A stretch of DNA of 64,000 nucleotides from positions 1,570 through 65,569 of the forward strand of contig CAZPBC010000008.1 in the NCBI GenBank assembly GCA_964584775.1, written 5' to 3'. This DNA comes from an uncultured bacterium (GTDB lineage Bacteria > Chlamydiota > Chlamydiia > Chlamydiales > SLFE01). Shown here piece after piece: positions 35,189 through 44,530 of the stretch (positions within the stretch are counted from its first letter, which is position 1; the number at the start of each line of letters is the position of its first letter). The translations under genes were made by a program, and so were the position numbers. The notes below the pieces were generated by a model. It saw nothing but the letters and a program-made list of their open reading frames with translations. It had not been told where the DNA came from and did not search any database.

Positions 35189-36329
35189 AGGTCGTCGATA
35201 GGGGATAGAGAATCCCCACGGCGTGGTTTTTGAAGACTCCTGTGCGGATCACAGCGAGTCGGCACTGAAGGGTTTTCTCACCCTCATTTTTGGATGCAAA
35301 AGAGAGAAGCAACTCCGCCTCTTGCGTTTGACCCAGACGGTTCAGCGTCTCTTGCCAGACCTCTTGACCTCCACGCATCAGATCTTTGAAATCGTGGATG
35401 AAGTTCTCAGGTCCCCATCCTAAAAACTCTTTCGTCTGGTCATTGGCAAAAACCAAATGCCCTTCACGAAGAGAGTAAACAAAGACAATGCAAGAACTCT
35501 CACTGCGGAAGGCGTCGTAAAGACGGCGGCGGTTGAGTGCAGAGTTGTCCATTCCCATTTGAAATCGAGCGTCTTCAGCAAAGTAACTCGATGTGAGCTT
35601 CTGCGCAATGTTGAGGCAGCGTTGTAGCTGCTTGCTACCTTCGCGTTCTCTCTCCACCACAGGTGAAGGGGCGCGAAGGAACTCTTCTTGAGTTGGAGGC
35701 ATCGGCATGTCCGATTCGGTTTCTGTCACCTTGAGAAGGGTGTTGAGATCATACGTCAAATCATCAATCGATGACTCCAAGTTGTGGATCTCTTTTTGCT
35801 TATCATCCATGGTGGCGCGAAGGCCATTCACCGTCTCTGTGTATTCCTTAAGGAGGCGCTCTCTCTTTTCAGAGTGTTCTTGATACTCTGCAATCACCCT
35901 TAAGTGCTCTTCTTTGAAGTTCGCAAACTGTGACTGGAGCTCTTCATATTCTGCTTTTTGACGGTACCAAGCCTCTTTCACCTCTTCAAGCTCTTCAACA
36001 AGCGCCTCTTCTTGACCCCGCAAACTTTCAAGCTCACTTTGCATCGCTTGGACATCTTCTCTCTCCTCAGAAAGGGGTTCAACGGCTTTCGATGCGCTGA
36101 CCTCTGCACTAGGAGCTGTAGTCCCCTCTTTGAAGCGGAGAAAAGAAAAAATCAGGGCGACGGAGCCAAGTGACGCTAAAAGAAAAGAGAGTCCAAAGAC
36201 CCACTTGGCGCTATCGGTGGGCATCTGAGAAACAGTAAAGAGCACAAGCGCCACAGCCGGCAAAAAATAGCAGGCCAGAACCACAAGAAAAAAACGGTGA
36301 TTCTTGTTATTCAATTTCTCGCTCATCAC
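35166..36329 (-). CDS. Inc-like membrane protein: N-terminal bilobed hydrophobic domain, coiled coil, C-terminal PAS-like domain
   Basis: Two TM segments are separated by a short loop (FFLVVLACYFLPAVALVLFTV-SQMPTDSAK-WVFGLSFLLASLGSVALIFSFL). The middle is E/Q/L-rich coiled coil. The C-terminus is PAS-like (IVFVYSLREGHLVFANDQTKEFLGWGPENFIHDFKDLM...). Confidence 0.6.
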   Translation of the reverse strand: MMSEKLNNKNHRFFLVVLACYFLPAVALVLFTVSQMPTDSAKWVFGLSFLLASLGSVALIFSFLRFKEGTTAPSAEVSASKAVEPLSEEREDVQAMQSELESLRGQEEALVEELEEVKEAWYRQKAEYEELQSQFANFKEEHLRVIAEYQEHSEKRERLLKEYTETVNGLRATMDDKQKEIHNLESSIDDLTYDLNTLLKVTETESDMPMPPTQEEFLRAPSPVVEREREGSKQLQRCLNIAQKLTSSYFAEDARFQMGMDNSALNRRRLYDAFRSESSCIVFVYSLREGHLVFANDQTKEFLGWGPENFIHDFKDLMRGGQEVWQETLNRLGQTQEAELLLSFASKNEGEKTLQCRLAVIRTGVFKNHAVGILYPLSTTSTVPGHI

Positions 36330-36335
36330 ACCTTA

Positions 36336-37067
36336 CTATATACCAGAGACATTGATTCTAAGCGAGCTAGCCGTTAAAGTTGGACGGTCTGGATTTTGAG
36401 CAGTCATGCCTCCCATCCAAAGGACCCCTCCTTCGTTTTGAACATAGAGCGAACTCTCCTGTGAAGGAAAGTGGGCCTCGAGTTGGATCGCATCCGTCTG
36501 GAGGTGCCCCTTTAGAGGATCGAGACGCGGATAGAGAGGGGTTGCGAAGGGTTGACTGAGATCCGCCTCTAACTCTTCACTCGAGCGCTCTTGAAAAACA
36601 GAAGGAAGAGGGACGAGCTCCGCTTCTCGATAGACCAGCTTTTTGGAGTCCGTCAAAAGGGTGCCTTTTCCAGAAGCAAAGGGAAAGAGAACGCCGGCTA
36701 GCCCCTCCTCTTCAGAAGTTGTATCTAACTGAATATCAATACTTTGATCTAATATTTTCATCTTTAACGAGAGATAAAATCCAAAACCCTGCTTCTCTGC
36801 AGTCGACTCATCAGATTTGAGTGTCGCAACCAACTCCTCGCCCCTCAACTCGGCCTCCCAAGGGGCATAGGCTGCAAGACCATTCGGATAGGGGTCCTCA
36901 TGACCTAAGAGCTTTGGGTTGCGCTTTCCAAAATGCGGACCAACGACAAATGGCAAAGCCGATCTGGTCGCTAAGCGCTCCTGTCCCCCTATTTTGAAGC
37001 TTTTTAACCGAAGCCCCTCTTGAGGGTCGACTGAGATCGAGAGCTTCTCCGATTTAAGTTCTAGCAT
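36336..37067 (-). CDS. Aldose-1-epimerase/galactose-mutarotase-like protein
   Basis: I prefer the start at the ATG at 37067 (MLELKSEKLSISVDPQEGLRLKSFKIGGQERL..., typical of mutarotase-fold N-termini). The longer ORF reaching 37550 overlaps the convincing TagF-like gene. The family call is weak. Confidence 0.45.
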   Translation of the reverse strand: MLELKSEKLSISVDPQEGLRLKSFKIGGQERLATRSALPFVVGPHFGKRNPKLLGHEDPYPNGLAAYAPWEAELRGEELVATLKSDESTAEKQGFGFYLSLKMKILDQSIDIQLDTTSEEEGLAGVLFPFASGKGTLLTDSKKLVYREAELVPLPSVFQERSSEELEADLSQPFATPLYPRLDPLKGHLQTDAIQLEAHFPSQESSLYVQNEGGVLWMGGMTAQNPDRPTLTASSLRINVSGI

Positions 37068-37097
37068 AAAATCTCCCAAGAATTTGACAATAAGATC

Positions 37098-38147
37098 ATG
37101 CAACAAAAATGGATTGCACTCAACCATGAAGGGTTCCCTCATCACACGGAACACCTCGCACCGATTGCGAAACTCTTTGAGATGCCCCTCATCGTGACCG
37201 ATGAAGATGCCGCAGCGCTCTTCAGACACTACTATCCTGGCCTCCAGGTTGAAGTCATTCCTCGGAGCGAGCTCACGACTGACTTTCTCAAAGAACACTG
37301 TAGTCTGATCGCCACCTCCCACGACCCAGACCGCGAAAAATTCCATGCTCTCTTTGGAGAGGAGATGACACAGCTCTTTGTCCCGCACGGCTTCTCCGAT
37401 AAGGCTTACTGGATGACCCAGTCGGCCCTCTCGGACATCTGCCTCCTCTACGGCGAGCAGATGCTCACCCTCATTCAAAACTCTCCCCTCGCCTCCTCTC
37501 TTCAAAAAACGGTGCGAATGGGAAACTTGCGCTACCACGACTACCTTCAAAACAAAGAGGTGTATGACCAGATCACAAAAAAAGAACTGCCCCTAGACCC
37601 ATCCAAAAAAACACTCCTTTACGCTCCAACCTGGACATGGAATGAAGAGCACTCCCGGACCTCTTTCTTCGACGCCGCTGAAATCCTCCTCAAAAACCTT
37701 CCTTCAGACTGCCAGCTCATCGTCAAACTCCATCCTCATCTCAAACTCAACAACATCGCCCACGTCGAGCGGATCATTGCCCTCTACGAAGAGGAGGAGA
37801 ACATCCACTTTCTCGAAGAGTTCCCACTCATCTATCCATTGCTCGACCTCACCGATATCTACATCGGGGACCTCTCTTCCATCGGTTACGACTTTCTCGT
37901 CTACGACCGCCCCCTCTTCTTTCTCAACCACCAACGAAGAGACCCCGAAAAAGATCCTGATGTTTTTCTCTTTCGGGCCGGCCGCTCTCTCCTTCCTGAA
38001 GAGTTTTCGAAGATCTACCAATTGATTGGAGAAGAAGAAGATCCCTCACTTTCTCAGAAACGAAAAGAGCTCTACAAATTCACTTTTGATGAGATCGACC
38101 CAGAAGAGGTCAAAAAAGAAATCTTAGCAGCCGTTCAAAAGAGTTGA
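37098..38147 (+). CDS. CDP-glycerol/poly(glycerophosphate) glycerophosphotransferase family (TagB/TagF-like) protein
   Basis: The motifs LLYAPTWTWNEE, IVKLHPHL and IYIGDLSSIGYDFLVYDRPLFF match the Glyphos_transf signature (YAPTWR / K.HP / D.SS..FD(F/Y)....P). Confidence 0.7.
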   Translation: MQQKWIALNHEGFPHHTEHLAPIAKLFEMPLIVTDEDAAALFRHYYPGLQVEVIPRSELTTDFLKEHCSLIATSHDPDREKFHALFGEEMTQLFVPHGFSDKAYWMTQSALSDICLLYGEQMLTLIQNSPLASSLQKTVRMGNLRYHDYLQNKEVYDQITKKELPLDPSKKTLLYAPTWTWNEEHSRTSFFDAAEILLKNLPSDCQLIVKLHPHLKLNNIAHVERIIALYEEEENIHFLEEFPLIYPLLDLTDIYIGDLSSIGYDFLVYDRPLFFLNHQRRDPEKDPDVFLFRAGRSLLPEEFSKIYQLIGEEEDPSLSQKRKELYKFTFDEIDPEEVKKEILAAVQKS

Positions 38148-38818
38148 TTTGCGCGGTTCAGATCTTCGATAAAATCTATCTCAAGGCATTGATGAGGCTC
38201 GACGGGAAAGGGAGTCACCTGGACACCCCAGGTGAGGGCGTATTCGACGCCTCTTTCAAAATAGTCCTGATCGCCACACTGCTTGAGACCCCGAATTAAA
38301 AAGGGAACGTGCTCTTTCTCAAAATACTGGATACCGACCGACTCTCCTTCCGGCTGGGCGACCGTTTTGGAAAGCTCCAGCAGGTGGCCATTTCCATCCG
38401 TGGAGTATTTGACCGCTTCTTCATCCGCTTCACCGGGGATGACCACTGTTGAGCTTTTTTTATTCTCAAGAAAGGAACTCAAGATTGCACGGTCGAAGAC
38501 AACATCTCCATTGAGCCAGAGGAGATCTTCATCGGGTCCACCAAGCCTTTCAAGCGCTTTAAGAAGACTCTTCGCTGTATTTTCTGTCCGAAAGTAGAGA
38601 TTTTTCACTGTCGGAAGTTTAGGAAATGCGGCTTCGATGAGTTCGAATTTATACCCTACCACGGCAGATATGTCTTCGATAGCTAGATGCTCAAGAAGGG
38701 CGTCGAGCTGCATCTGAAGGAGGCTCTTTCCATTGTCTAGTTGAGTGAGAGTTTTGGGGGCATCATCAAAGGGAGCGAGTCTGCTACCGACTCCTGCTGC
38801 TAAGATGACAGCCTTCAT
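38135..38818 (-). CDS. Sugar/alcohol-phosphate nucleotidyl(cytidylyl)transferase, LicC/IspD-like fold
   Basis: The N-terminal motif MKAVILAAGVGSRLAP is a nucleotidyltransferase G-loop. The C-terminus contains EIDFIEDLNRA. The substrate is not determinable. Confidence 0.7.
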   Translation of the reverse strand: MKAVILAAGVGSRLAPFDDAPKTLTQLDNGKSLLQMQLDALLEHLAIEDISAVVGYKFELIEAAFPKLPTVKNLYFRTENTAKSLLKALERLGGPDEDLLWLNGDVVFDRAILSSFLENKKSSTVVIPGEADEEAVKYSTDGNGHLLELSKTVAQPEGESVGIQYFEKEHVPFLIRGLKQCGDQDYFERGVEYALTWGVQVTPFPVEPHQCLEIDFIEDLNRANQLF

Positions 38819-40422
38819 TGATCCATCACAACAGGAAGTGTGATACGAGAAGGGTGTGAAGGTCCAAAGAGGACGCGGTTGGTGGCGACACGCGGTTCTT
38901 CTTCGGTCCCGCCGTTAAAGTTCCTTTCAAACTGAGGGTAGTTGGCAGAAGAAACCGAGAGACGGATGCGGTGCCCTTTCGCAAAGACTTGACTGGTGGA
39001 CCAAAGGTCGACTTCAACGGGATTGGACTCTCCTTCCTGAAGTTTCTTGATCCCATCAGCGATGAGGACACTCTTGCCATCCGGGTAGACATCCGTTAAG
39101 CGGAGCGCCACGTCTGTCGTCGATCGGTCAGAGGTAAAGTAGATGTTTGCAAAGAGGCGTCCTGTCACCTCGAGATCCTCCTCAAGTGGATCACTCGTGA
39201 AAACGACGACATCTTCACGCTCCTCTATAGGCGTCTGATCTTTAGGACCAGCAGCCAGGAAGAGGTTTCTTCCTCCCACCGTCGGAGTCGGGTTTTCAGG
39301 GTCATAGACAAAGCCTTCTGATCCTGCACTCACAACACGGTTATCAAGCTTCCCATGGGTATTGAGGTAGAGTGTGTAGGGTTTAGCAGGAATCGGCCAC
39401 TCTTGAGCGGTTTTCCAAACACCCCCTCTGCCGCTGGTACCATCGAAAGGACCCATCACGTAATAAATGACAGGTGGAGCCTCTTTCACGTTGTTATGGT
39501 CCCCTTTTAAGTAATGGTCGAACCAATGGTGTGGCATCACTTCGTGGGGAGGGTAGTGGGCATTTTCAGGAACGTTGTAGTCGCCGAGCCGCATATCACG
39601 CGGGTAGTGGTGTGTCCAAGGGCCCATCACAAGCACTTGTTTCCCTTTTGCACCGTGATCCCCTTCGTTTTGGAATGCGACGAAGGAGTCGAGTGTTCCC
39701 TGAGAAAAGGTGTCGTACCAACCTCCGTAGTGGAGGGCAGGCGTGTTCACACGGTGTGCCTGAGAAATGCAGTCCACACATTTCCAGAAGGGGCTATCCT
39801 CTTTCTCTCCAAGAACAGCTTTAAGTACTCCAGGATGACGCGCATAGTAGCCTAGCCATCCTTCCACCTGATTCTTCCGGACTTGGCCACCCATGTAGAT
39901 CGCCTGGTTGTACATATCGCCGACAGCAAAACCGATATACTGAGCCTTCAAGCTCGGATGCGCCGTCGGAGCCAAGAGCAGCTGAGAGATACCCATCGCA
40001 GAGAATCCAATCGTCCCAATCTTTCCATTCGAATAGGAACTTTTCGAGAGCCAATCAATCGTATCATATCCATCTTGCAGCTCCCCCCAACCATCTGTAA
40101 TCCAAGGCATCGACTTCCCTTCTTTATCCAGGAAGCTGCGAGCATCTTGGATCGCCACAATGTACCCAGACTCCGTTAGAGGAAGAAAAGATTGGTAGTA
40201 GGCGCGCTTTCCAGAAGGAGTGCGGACCAAAACGATCGGCTTCTTCTTAGCACCTTTGTAAGGAAGGTAAATGTCTGTTGGAAGGTGAGTCCCATCCCTC
40301 ATCGGAATCTGAACGGTGAGATCAGGGTCGATACTCCCATCAGATCTGAGGGTAAAGAAGAGAGTGACGGCCACAAGGACCGCAAAAGACCCAAAAAGAA
40401 TTTTTTTAGATGGTCTCTTCAA
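38815..40422 (-). CDS. Secreted CocE/NonD-family (peptidase S15, X-Pro dipeptidyl-peptidase-like) alpha/beta hydrolase
   Basis: It has a signal peptide (ILFGSFAVLVAVTLFFTL). The motif IPMRDGTHLPTDIYLP and the nucleophile elbow GFSAMG are present, and the C-terminal domain is PepX_C-like. A 4-nt overlap (ATGA) joins it to the downstream nucleotidyltransferase. Confidence 0.7.
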   Translation of the reverse strand: MKRPSKKILFGSFAVLVAVTLFFTLRSDGSIDPDLTVQIPMRDGTHLPTDIYLPYKGAKKKPIVLVRTPSGKRAYYQSFLPLTESGYIVAIQDARSFLDKEGKSMPWITDGWGELQDGYDTIDWLSKSSYSNGKIGTIGFSAMGISQLLLAPTAHPSLKAQYIGFAVGDMYNQAIYMGGQVRKNQVEGWLGYYARHPGVLKAVLGEKEDSPFWKCVDCISQAHRVNTPALHYGGWYDTFSQGTLDSFVAFQNEGDHGAKGKQVLVMGPWTHHYPRDMRLGDYNVPENAHYPPHEVMPHHWFDHYLKGDHNNVKEAPPVIYYVMGPFDGTSGRGGVWKTAQEWPIPAKPYTLYLNTHGKLDNRVVSAGSEGFVYDPENPTPTVGGRNLFLAAGPKDQTPIEEREDVVVFTSDPLEEDLEVTGRLFANIYFTSDRSTTDVALRLTDVYPDGKSVLIADGIKKLQEGESNPVEVDLWSTSQVFAKGHRIRLSVSSANYPQFERNFNGGTEEEPRVATNRVLFGPSHPSRITLPVVMDQ

Positions 40423-40440
40423 CAGGACTCCTTAAATGTG

Positions 40441-40722
40441 TTAGACAGTGCGAGCTTTTGCAGTCAGACGCGCTTTCATACGTGCTGCTTTATTGATGTT
40501 TAAAACTCCGCCTTTCACACCTTTATCGATGGTTGAAAAGGCTGTTCCAAGACTCTCTTTCACTTTGGCAGCGTCAGCGAGTGTCACAGCTTCTTCAAAG
40601 CGACGGATCGCAGTACGGATCTTTGATTTTCTTTCACGGTTGCGCTTACGTGCTTTCTCGTTTTGTAACATTCTTTTTTCAGCGGTCGGACGCTTGGTCT
40701 TTTTATCTTTCTTTTCGGCCAT
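40441..40722 (-). CDS. rpsT: 30S ribosomal protein S20
   Basis: MAEKKDKKTKRPTAEKRMLQNEKARKRNRERKSKIRTAIRRFEEA is a typical bS20 sequence. Confidence 0.9.
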   Translation of the reverse strand: MAEKKDKKTKRPTAEKRMLQNEKARKRNRERKSKIRTAIRRFEEAVTLADAAKVKESLGTAFSTIDKGVKGGVLNINKAARMKARLTAKARTV

Positions 40723-40822
40723 AATTTCTCCGTTTAATTTTTTCGCTCTTGAAAATTATACCTTTCTAGAGAAAATTCGTCAAAAAATTTTACCGATATG
40801 TTAGAATGTCAAATATTTAGAT

Positions 40823-41659
40823 ATGAAATGGGTCATTAGAAAAGAAATTACCCTTCTCGACTCTTTAAAAGAAAAGTTCCCCTCATCTTCTAATAATGAG
40901 AGGAAGCGCTGGATTCGAGAAGGCCGTCTCAAGGTGCAGGGAAAAAAGGCCTCGCTCCCCAGCGATCTACTGGCCGAAGGCGACACCCTGGAGCTCCTCC
41001 CCAAAACAAAACGCCTCCACACACCTGTAAAAATTGTTTTTCAAGACCCCCATCTCGTCGTCATCGACAAGCCAGAGGGGATGCTCAGTGTCAAAACTCC
41101 CTATGACCGTGGCAAAAGTGCCCATGAGCACCTCAAAGAGCTCCATAAAGGAACCAACGTCCTCCCCGTCCACCGCCTCGACCGGGAGACTTCAGGCCTG
41201 CTCGTCTTTGCCCTCACCCGGGAGGCCGCTGAAGGGCTAAAAGAGCAGTTTGCTGCCCATACGACAAAAAGAGAGTACAACGCCCTTGTCGAGGGCCGTG
41301 TCAAACAGGACGAGGGCACCTGGGACTTTCCTCTAAAAGAGGGTAAAAACTTTTTTATGCATATCGCTCGGCCCGGCCAAGAGGGCCTCCGCGCTGTCAC
41401 CCACTTTAAAGTGCTAAGGCGCACAAAACGCCACACCCTCCTCGAACTCCAACTCGAGACCGGTAAGAAGAACCAAATCCGTGTCCATGCAAGCCATGTC
41501 GGCCATCCTGTTGACGGCGACAAAAAGTATGGTGCCGAGGGAAATGCCACAGGACGACTCGCCCTCCACGCCCGCAGCCTTGGTTTCATCCACCCTATCA
41601 CCCAAAAAGAACAGCTCTTTCACTCACCCACCCCCAAAAGGTTTACCGATGTCAACTAG
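40823..41659 (+). CDS. RluA-family pseudouridine synthase with an N-terminal S4-like domain
   Basis: The catalytic motif HRLDRETSGLLVFA is present, together with VVIDKPEGMLS and the KNQIRVH motif. Confidence 0.85.
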   Translation: MKWVIRKEITLLDSLKEKFPSSSNNERKRWIREGRLKVQGKKASLPSDLLAEGDTLELLPKTKRLHTPVKIVFQDPHLVVIDKPEGMLSVKTPYDRGKSAHEHLKELHKGTNVLPVHRLDRETSGLLVFALTREAAEGLKEQFAAHTTKREYNALVEGRVKQDEGTWDFPLKEGKNFFMHIARPGQEGLRAVTHFKVLRRTKRHTLLELQLETGKKNQIRVHASHVGHPVDGDKKYGAEGNATGRLALHARSLGFIHPITQKEQLFHSPTPKRFTDVN

Positions 41660-42086
41660 AACCGTCTGGTCCCTTCTCTACATCGCGCTCCTCTCTGCAC
41701 TCCTCTATTTTGGCGTCCGTGCGGGCCTCTTCTATACCCAGTACACCTCTTCGACCGCCACGACCACGAACCAGACGATCTCCTTTAAGATCCGAAACAA
41801 CTGGCTTGGGATCTACTTCCTCAATGCCACCTACACCTACGAAGTTGACGGCAAGACTTACACACGGAGGGAGCTCCTCTCAGAGCCTCAAGCCAACAGC
41901 CGTCAATACCTCCAAAAACTTGAGCCTGAGCTCCAAGAAAAATCGTGGACGATCTGGTACAACCCCCACAAACCCTCCCAAGCTTTCATCGAAAAATATT
42001 TTCCCTACCGCGAGATCTTCAACAGTGTTGTGATCGTAGGGTTGATACTTTATTTTTTGATTCTGCAAAAAAGATATCGTCGCTAG
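41649..42086 (+). CDS. Small membrane protein, DUF3592-like (TM, beta-rich domain, TM)
   Basis: I prefer the start at MSTRTVWSLLYIALLSALLYF. The segment YTYEVDGKTYTR...WTIWYNPHKPSQAF sits between two TM helices. Confidence 0.5.
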   Translation: MSTRTVWSLLYIALLSALLYFGVRAGLFYTQYTSSTATTTNQTISFKIRNNWLGIYFLNATYTYEVDGKTYTRRELLSEPQANSRQYLQKLEPELQEKSWTIWYNPHKPSQAFIEKYFPYREIFNSVVIVGLILYFLILQKRYRR

Positions 42087-42152
42087 CGAGAAATCTCTAC
42101 ATTCGCTTAGGCTTAGTAGGTCTTATAACCTACATACGAAGGAGATTTGAAA

Positions 42153-42746
42153 ATGCACCCTATACTTGCCGCCGCTGCTGGTCTTTCCACTTACCCTGTT
42201 GGAGCTTACTTACACGAAGGTGCTCATGCAGTTGCTGCAAAACTTCTCTACAAAGATCCGAAAATCGATATTCAAGTGCGAGGATTTCTTGGTTGGGATA
42301 GCAGTTTTGGTTTTGATCCATCCAGTGCAGACGCTTCTCTTTCTTCGCTTGGAAAAAAACTTGGGAAACGCGTCTCCATTGTACTGACGACTGTAGTAGG
42401 CCCTCTGGCTAATGCTTGCGCTTGCTTGGCGCTCACCCTTCTTTTTCCCACACCGCTGATGGTCTTCGGAACAGCTCCCTACCTCATCTATTTATTTACA
42501 ATTGCCATTCAGCCGTTCGTGAATAGCATCACTTTTAAGTCTCAACATATAGGAGATTTTGGTGAGATTTGGAGAGTGGGTGGAGATACAGGCTATGCCC
42601 TTTCATTTCTTGCAACCGCTCTGATCATCGCTAAAACGATCGAGCCGCTCTTGCGAACCTACCCTCCCATGGCTGTCTTGGGAATAGGCTCATTGGCCGT
42701 ATTGCTCTTCTCTATAGCCGTCCATCGCTCCTCGCCTAATGCTTAA
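42153..42746 (+). CDS. Polytopic membrane protein with an HExxH motif (peptidase M50B-like), paralogue 1
   Basis: It has HEGAHAVAA in the first TM region, VVGPLAN, and several TM helices. The RBS AAGGAG precedes the ATG at 42153. It is a paralogue of 44531-45130. Confidence 0.6.
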   Translation: MHPILAAAAGLSTYPVGAYLHEGAHAVAAKLLYKDPKIDIQVRGFLGWDSSFGFDPSSADASLSSLGKKLGKRVSIVLTTVVGPLANACACLALTLLFPTPLMVFGTAPYLIYLFTIAIQPFVNSITFKSQHIGDFGEIWRVGGDTGYALSFLATALIIAKTIEPLLRTYPPMAVLGIGSLAVLLFSIAVHRSSPNA

Positions 42747-43816
42747 ACGTGGAGCTCTGCTTTCTCGAGATGCTTGTGGATATATTCTGCGCGTTTGTGT
42801 GGAAGCTCTTCTTGGTCAATTTCACTTTCAAAGTGGCTGAGAAGATGACCACGGCGGCAGTTAAAGAAAAGCGCATTGAGTTCACGGATTGTGACGTTCG
42901 TCAACCACCCAAGATCTACACCTAGCTTCACTAATGAGATCGCACTGAGCGCTTCGAGAGGCTCGATCTGGTAAGAGTGCATCAAGACAGCATAAGCGCG
43001 GCTGACGAGATCTTTGAGTTCCCGTGCTTCGGTGTTTTTCAGCTGACTGCGCAGTCCCTTTTCTTTCACAAGCAGTTTAGTCGTGTAAGAGCGCACGCTC
43101 GAAAGGATGTCCTCTTCTGTCAGCCCTAAAGTGAAGTTGTTGCGGACAACGAGCAAGTCACCTGTGATCTCATCGAGTGTCCCTTGAAGCCCTGAAACGT
43201 AGACATCATCCTCATTATGGCTCACTAAAAACTCGGATAGCTCCCCAGTGTGGATCAATGCAGGCGCTTGAACGTAGCAGCTCACCTCAAGACCCGTGCC
43301 CGAAAGGGCTGGGTCGGCAGAGAGGAATCCGAAGCGGGAGTTGAAAGCAAAAGAAAAGCTCTTCGTCAAGTGGTTTTCAATCTTCGATAACTCAGAAAAA
43401 CAGGACTCGAGGTCACCAGAAGTGTCGATCAAGGTCAAACTCAGGTGGTCTTCTAGATTGATGCTGCCAAGAAACGATCCCTGCTTTCCAACAAGGAACG
43501 CCTCTCCGCTATGCGCCTGGCCAAGGCCCGAAAGCAACAAGAAATGCTCATACAAAAATTGCTTTTCTAACGGAGTTGTCTCTTCCGCTGGCAGAAAGGT
43601 CGGTTTTTCGAGCCCTTTGTAACTCATCAAATTTTTCTGAATCAACGAGACCACTTCTTTCTGCTCATCGGTCGAAAGTTTCGAGGGAAAGTTGTAGTTG
43701 TCGAGGTTGCGAGAGATCTTGAGTGTCGATCCAATCCAGATGGAGTGGGTGTTTTCTCTCCAGGGATCCAAAAGTCCGAGGAGAAGGTGCGGATCATGAT
43801 CACTCGTCATCTTCAA
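42743..43816 (-). CDS. mcsB: Protein arginine kinase McsB (ATP:guanido phosphotransferase)
   Basis: The motifs INLEDHLSLTL, SGTGLEVSCYV and NRRGHLL are characteristic of the phosphagen-kinase C-domain. It is coupled to the mcsA-like gene. Confidence 0.85.
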   Translation of the reverse strand: MKMTSDHDPHLLLGLLDPWRENTHSIWIGSTLKISRNLDNYNFPSKLSTDEQKEVVSLIQKNLMSYKGLEKPTFLPAEETTPLEKQFLYEHFLLLSGLGQAHSGEAFLVGKQGSFLGSINLEDHLSLTLIDTSGDLESCFSELSKIENHLTKSFSFAFNSRFGFLSADPALSGTGLEVSCYVQAPALIHTGELSEFLVSHNEDDVYVSGLQGTLDEITGDLLVVRNNFTLGLTEEDILSSVRSYTTKLLVKEKGLRSQLKNTEARELKDLVSRAYAVLMHSYQIEPLEALSAISLVKLGVDLGWLTNVTIRELNALFFNCRRGHLLSHFESEIDQEELPHKRAEYIHKHLEKAELHV

Positions 43817-44342
43817 TCTCCGTCAGTTCTTTGATCTGGTCACGGATCCACGCCGCCTGCTCATAATCTTCACGCTCGAGCGTCTCGTCGAGAGCTTCTT
43901 TCAGGGCAATGAGCTGGTTTGAAGGGCTCATTTTCGTCACTTCACCGGGTTTACGTCCCACATGGAGGTGGCTTGCCATCGACGGGGTCATGAGTTTTTG
44001 GGAGATCTTATTCATCGATTCGAGCTCTCCAACAAGGACATCACCAAACACGTCATAACAGAATTGGCAACCGAGAAAACTCCCAGAGCGGACAGAGTTG
44101 AGAGTCGTGCCACAGTTCCCGCAGCAGAGACCTGCTTCCGCAGCAGACTCGGCAAAATCCCCTGATGGAATTCCATGGAGACGCATCTCTAGGACAGGAC
44201 AGTCACTGCACATGACGGTGTGGGTGATCACCCCACCCATGACCTCTGTGTAGCGCACTGCGACGTGCTTTTTACAAGAGGTGCACTCTAGAGGGCGTTC
44301 TTCTCCCCCCTCTCTCTTTTTAGGTGGTTGATTTTCAGTCAT
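43800..44342 (-). CDS. mcsA: McsA-like activator (Cys-rich zinc fingers plus UVR motif)
   Basis: The zinc-finger motifs are CTSCKK...CSDCP and CCGNCG...CQFC. The C-terminal UVR motif is EDYEQAAWIRDQIKEL. Confidence 0.8.
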   Translation of the reverse strand: MTENQPPKKREGGEERPLECTSCKKHVAVRYTEVMGGVITHTVMCSDCPVLEMRLHGIPSGDFAESAAEAGLCCGNCGTTLNSVRSGSFLGCQFCYDVFGDVLVGELESMNKISQKLMTPSMASHLHVGRKPGEVTKMSPSNQLIALKEALDETLEREDYEQAAWIRDQIKELTEIEDDE

Positions 44343-44530
44343 TTAAATATCCTTCGAAGAACCTATATCCGCACTATAGAAAAGGAGCTGGTTCTTGTCA
44401 AAGAGAGGGCTCACGTGCCCCCCTGTGAAAAACATTTCGAAGCATTACTACAAGTGCTCATGAAATATCCAGACTAGCGAGAAACGAGCCACTCACTTAG
44501 ACTGAGTGTGTTCTGACCAAGGAGATTACA

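Noticed and set aside
36336-37550. A 404-codon minus-strand ORF extending over the start of the TagF-like gene
   Set aside because: The first 161 codons overlap the well-supported plus-strand TagF-like CDS (37098-38147) and look like antisense read-through. An internal ATG at 37067 gives a sensible N-terminus (MLELKSEKLSISV...). Only 36336-37067 was kept.
41101-41601. A 166-codon antisense ORF inside the rluA-family gene (and similar ones inside sctN, dsbD, mcsB, tsf and rpsB)
   Set aside because: The sense-strand proteins carry unambiguous family motifs. The antisense products are Arg/Ser/Pro-rich, with no support.
44343-44530. A CtsR-operator-like sequence (TTGTCAAAGAGAGGGCTCA) upstream of mcsA
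   Set aside because: Only one half-site resembles GGTCAAA. No ctsR gene is visible in the window. The match is too weak to call.
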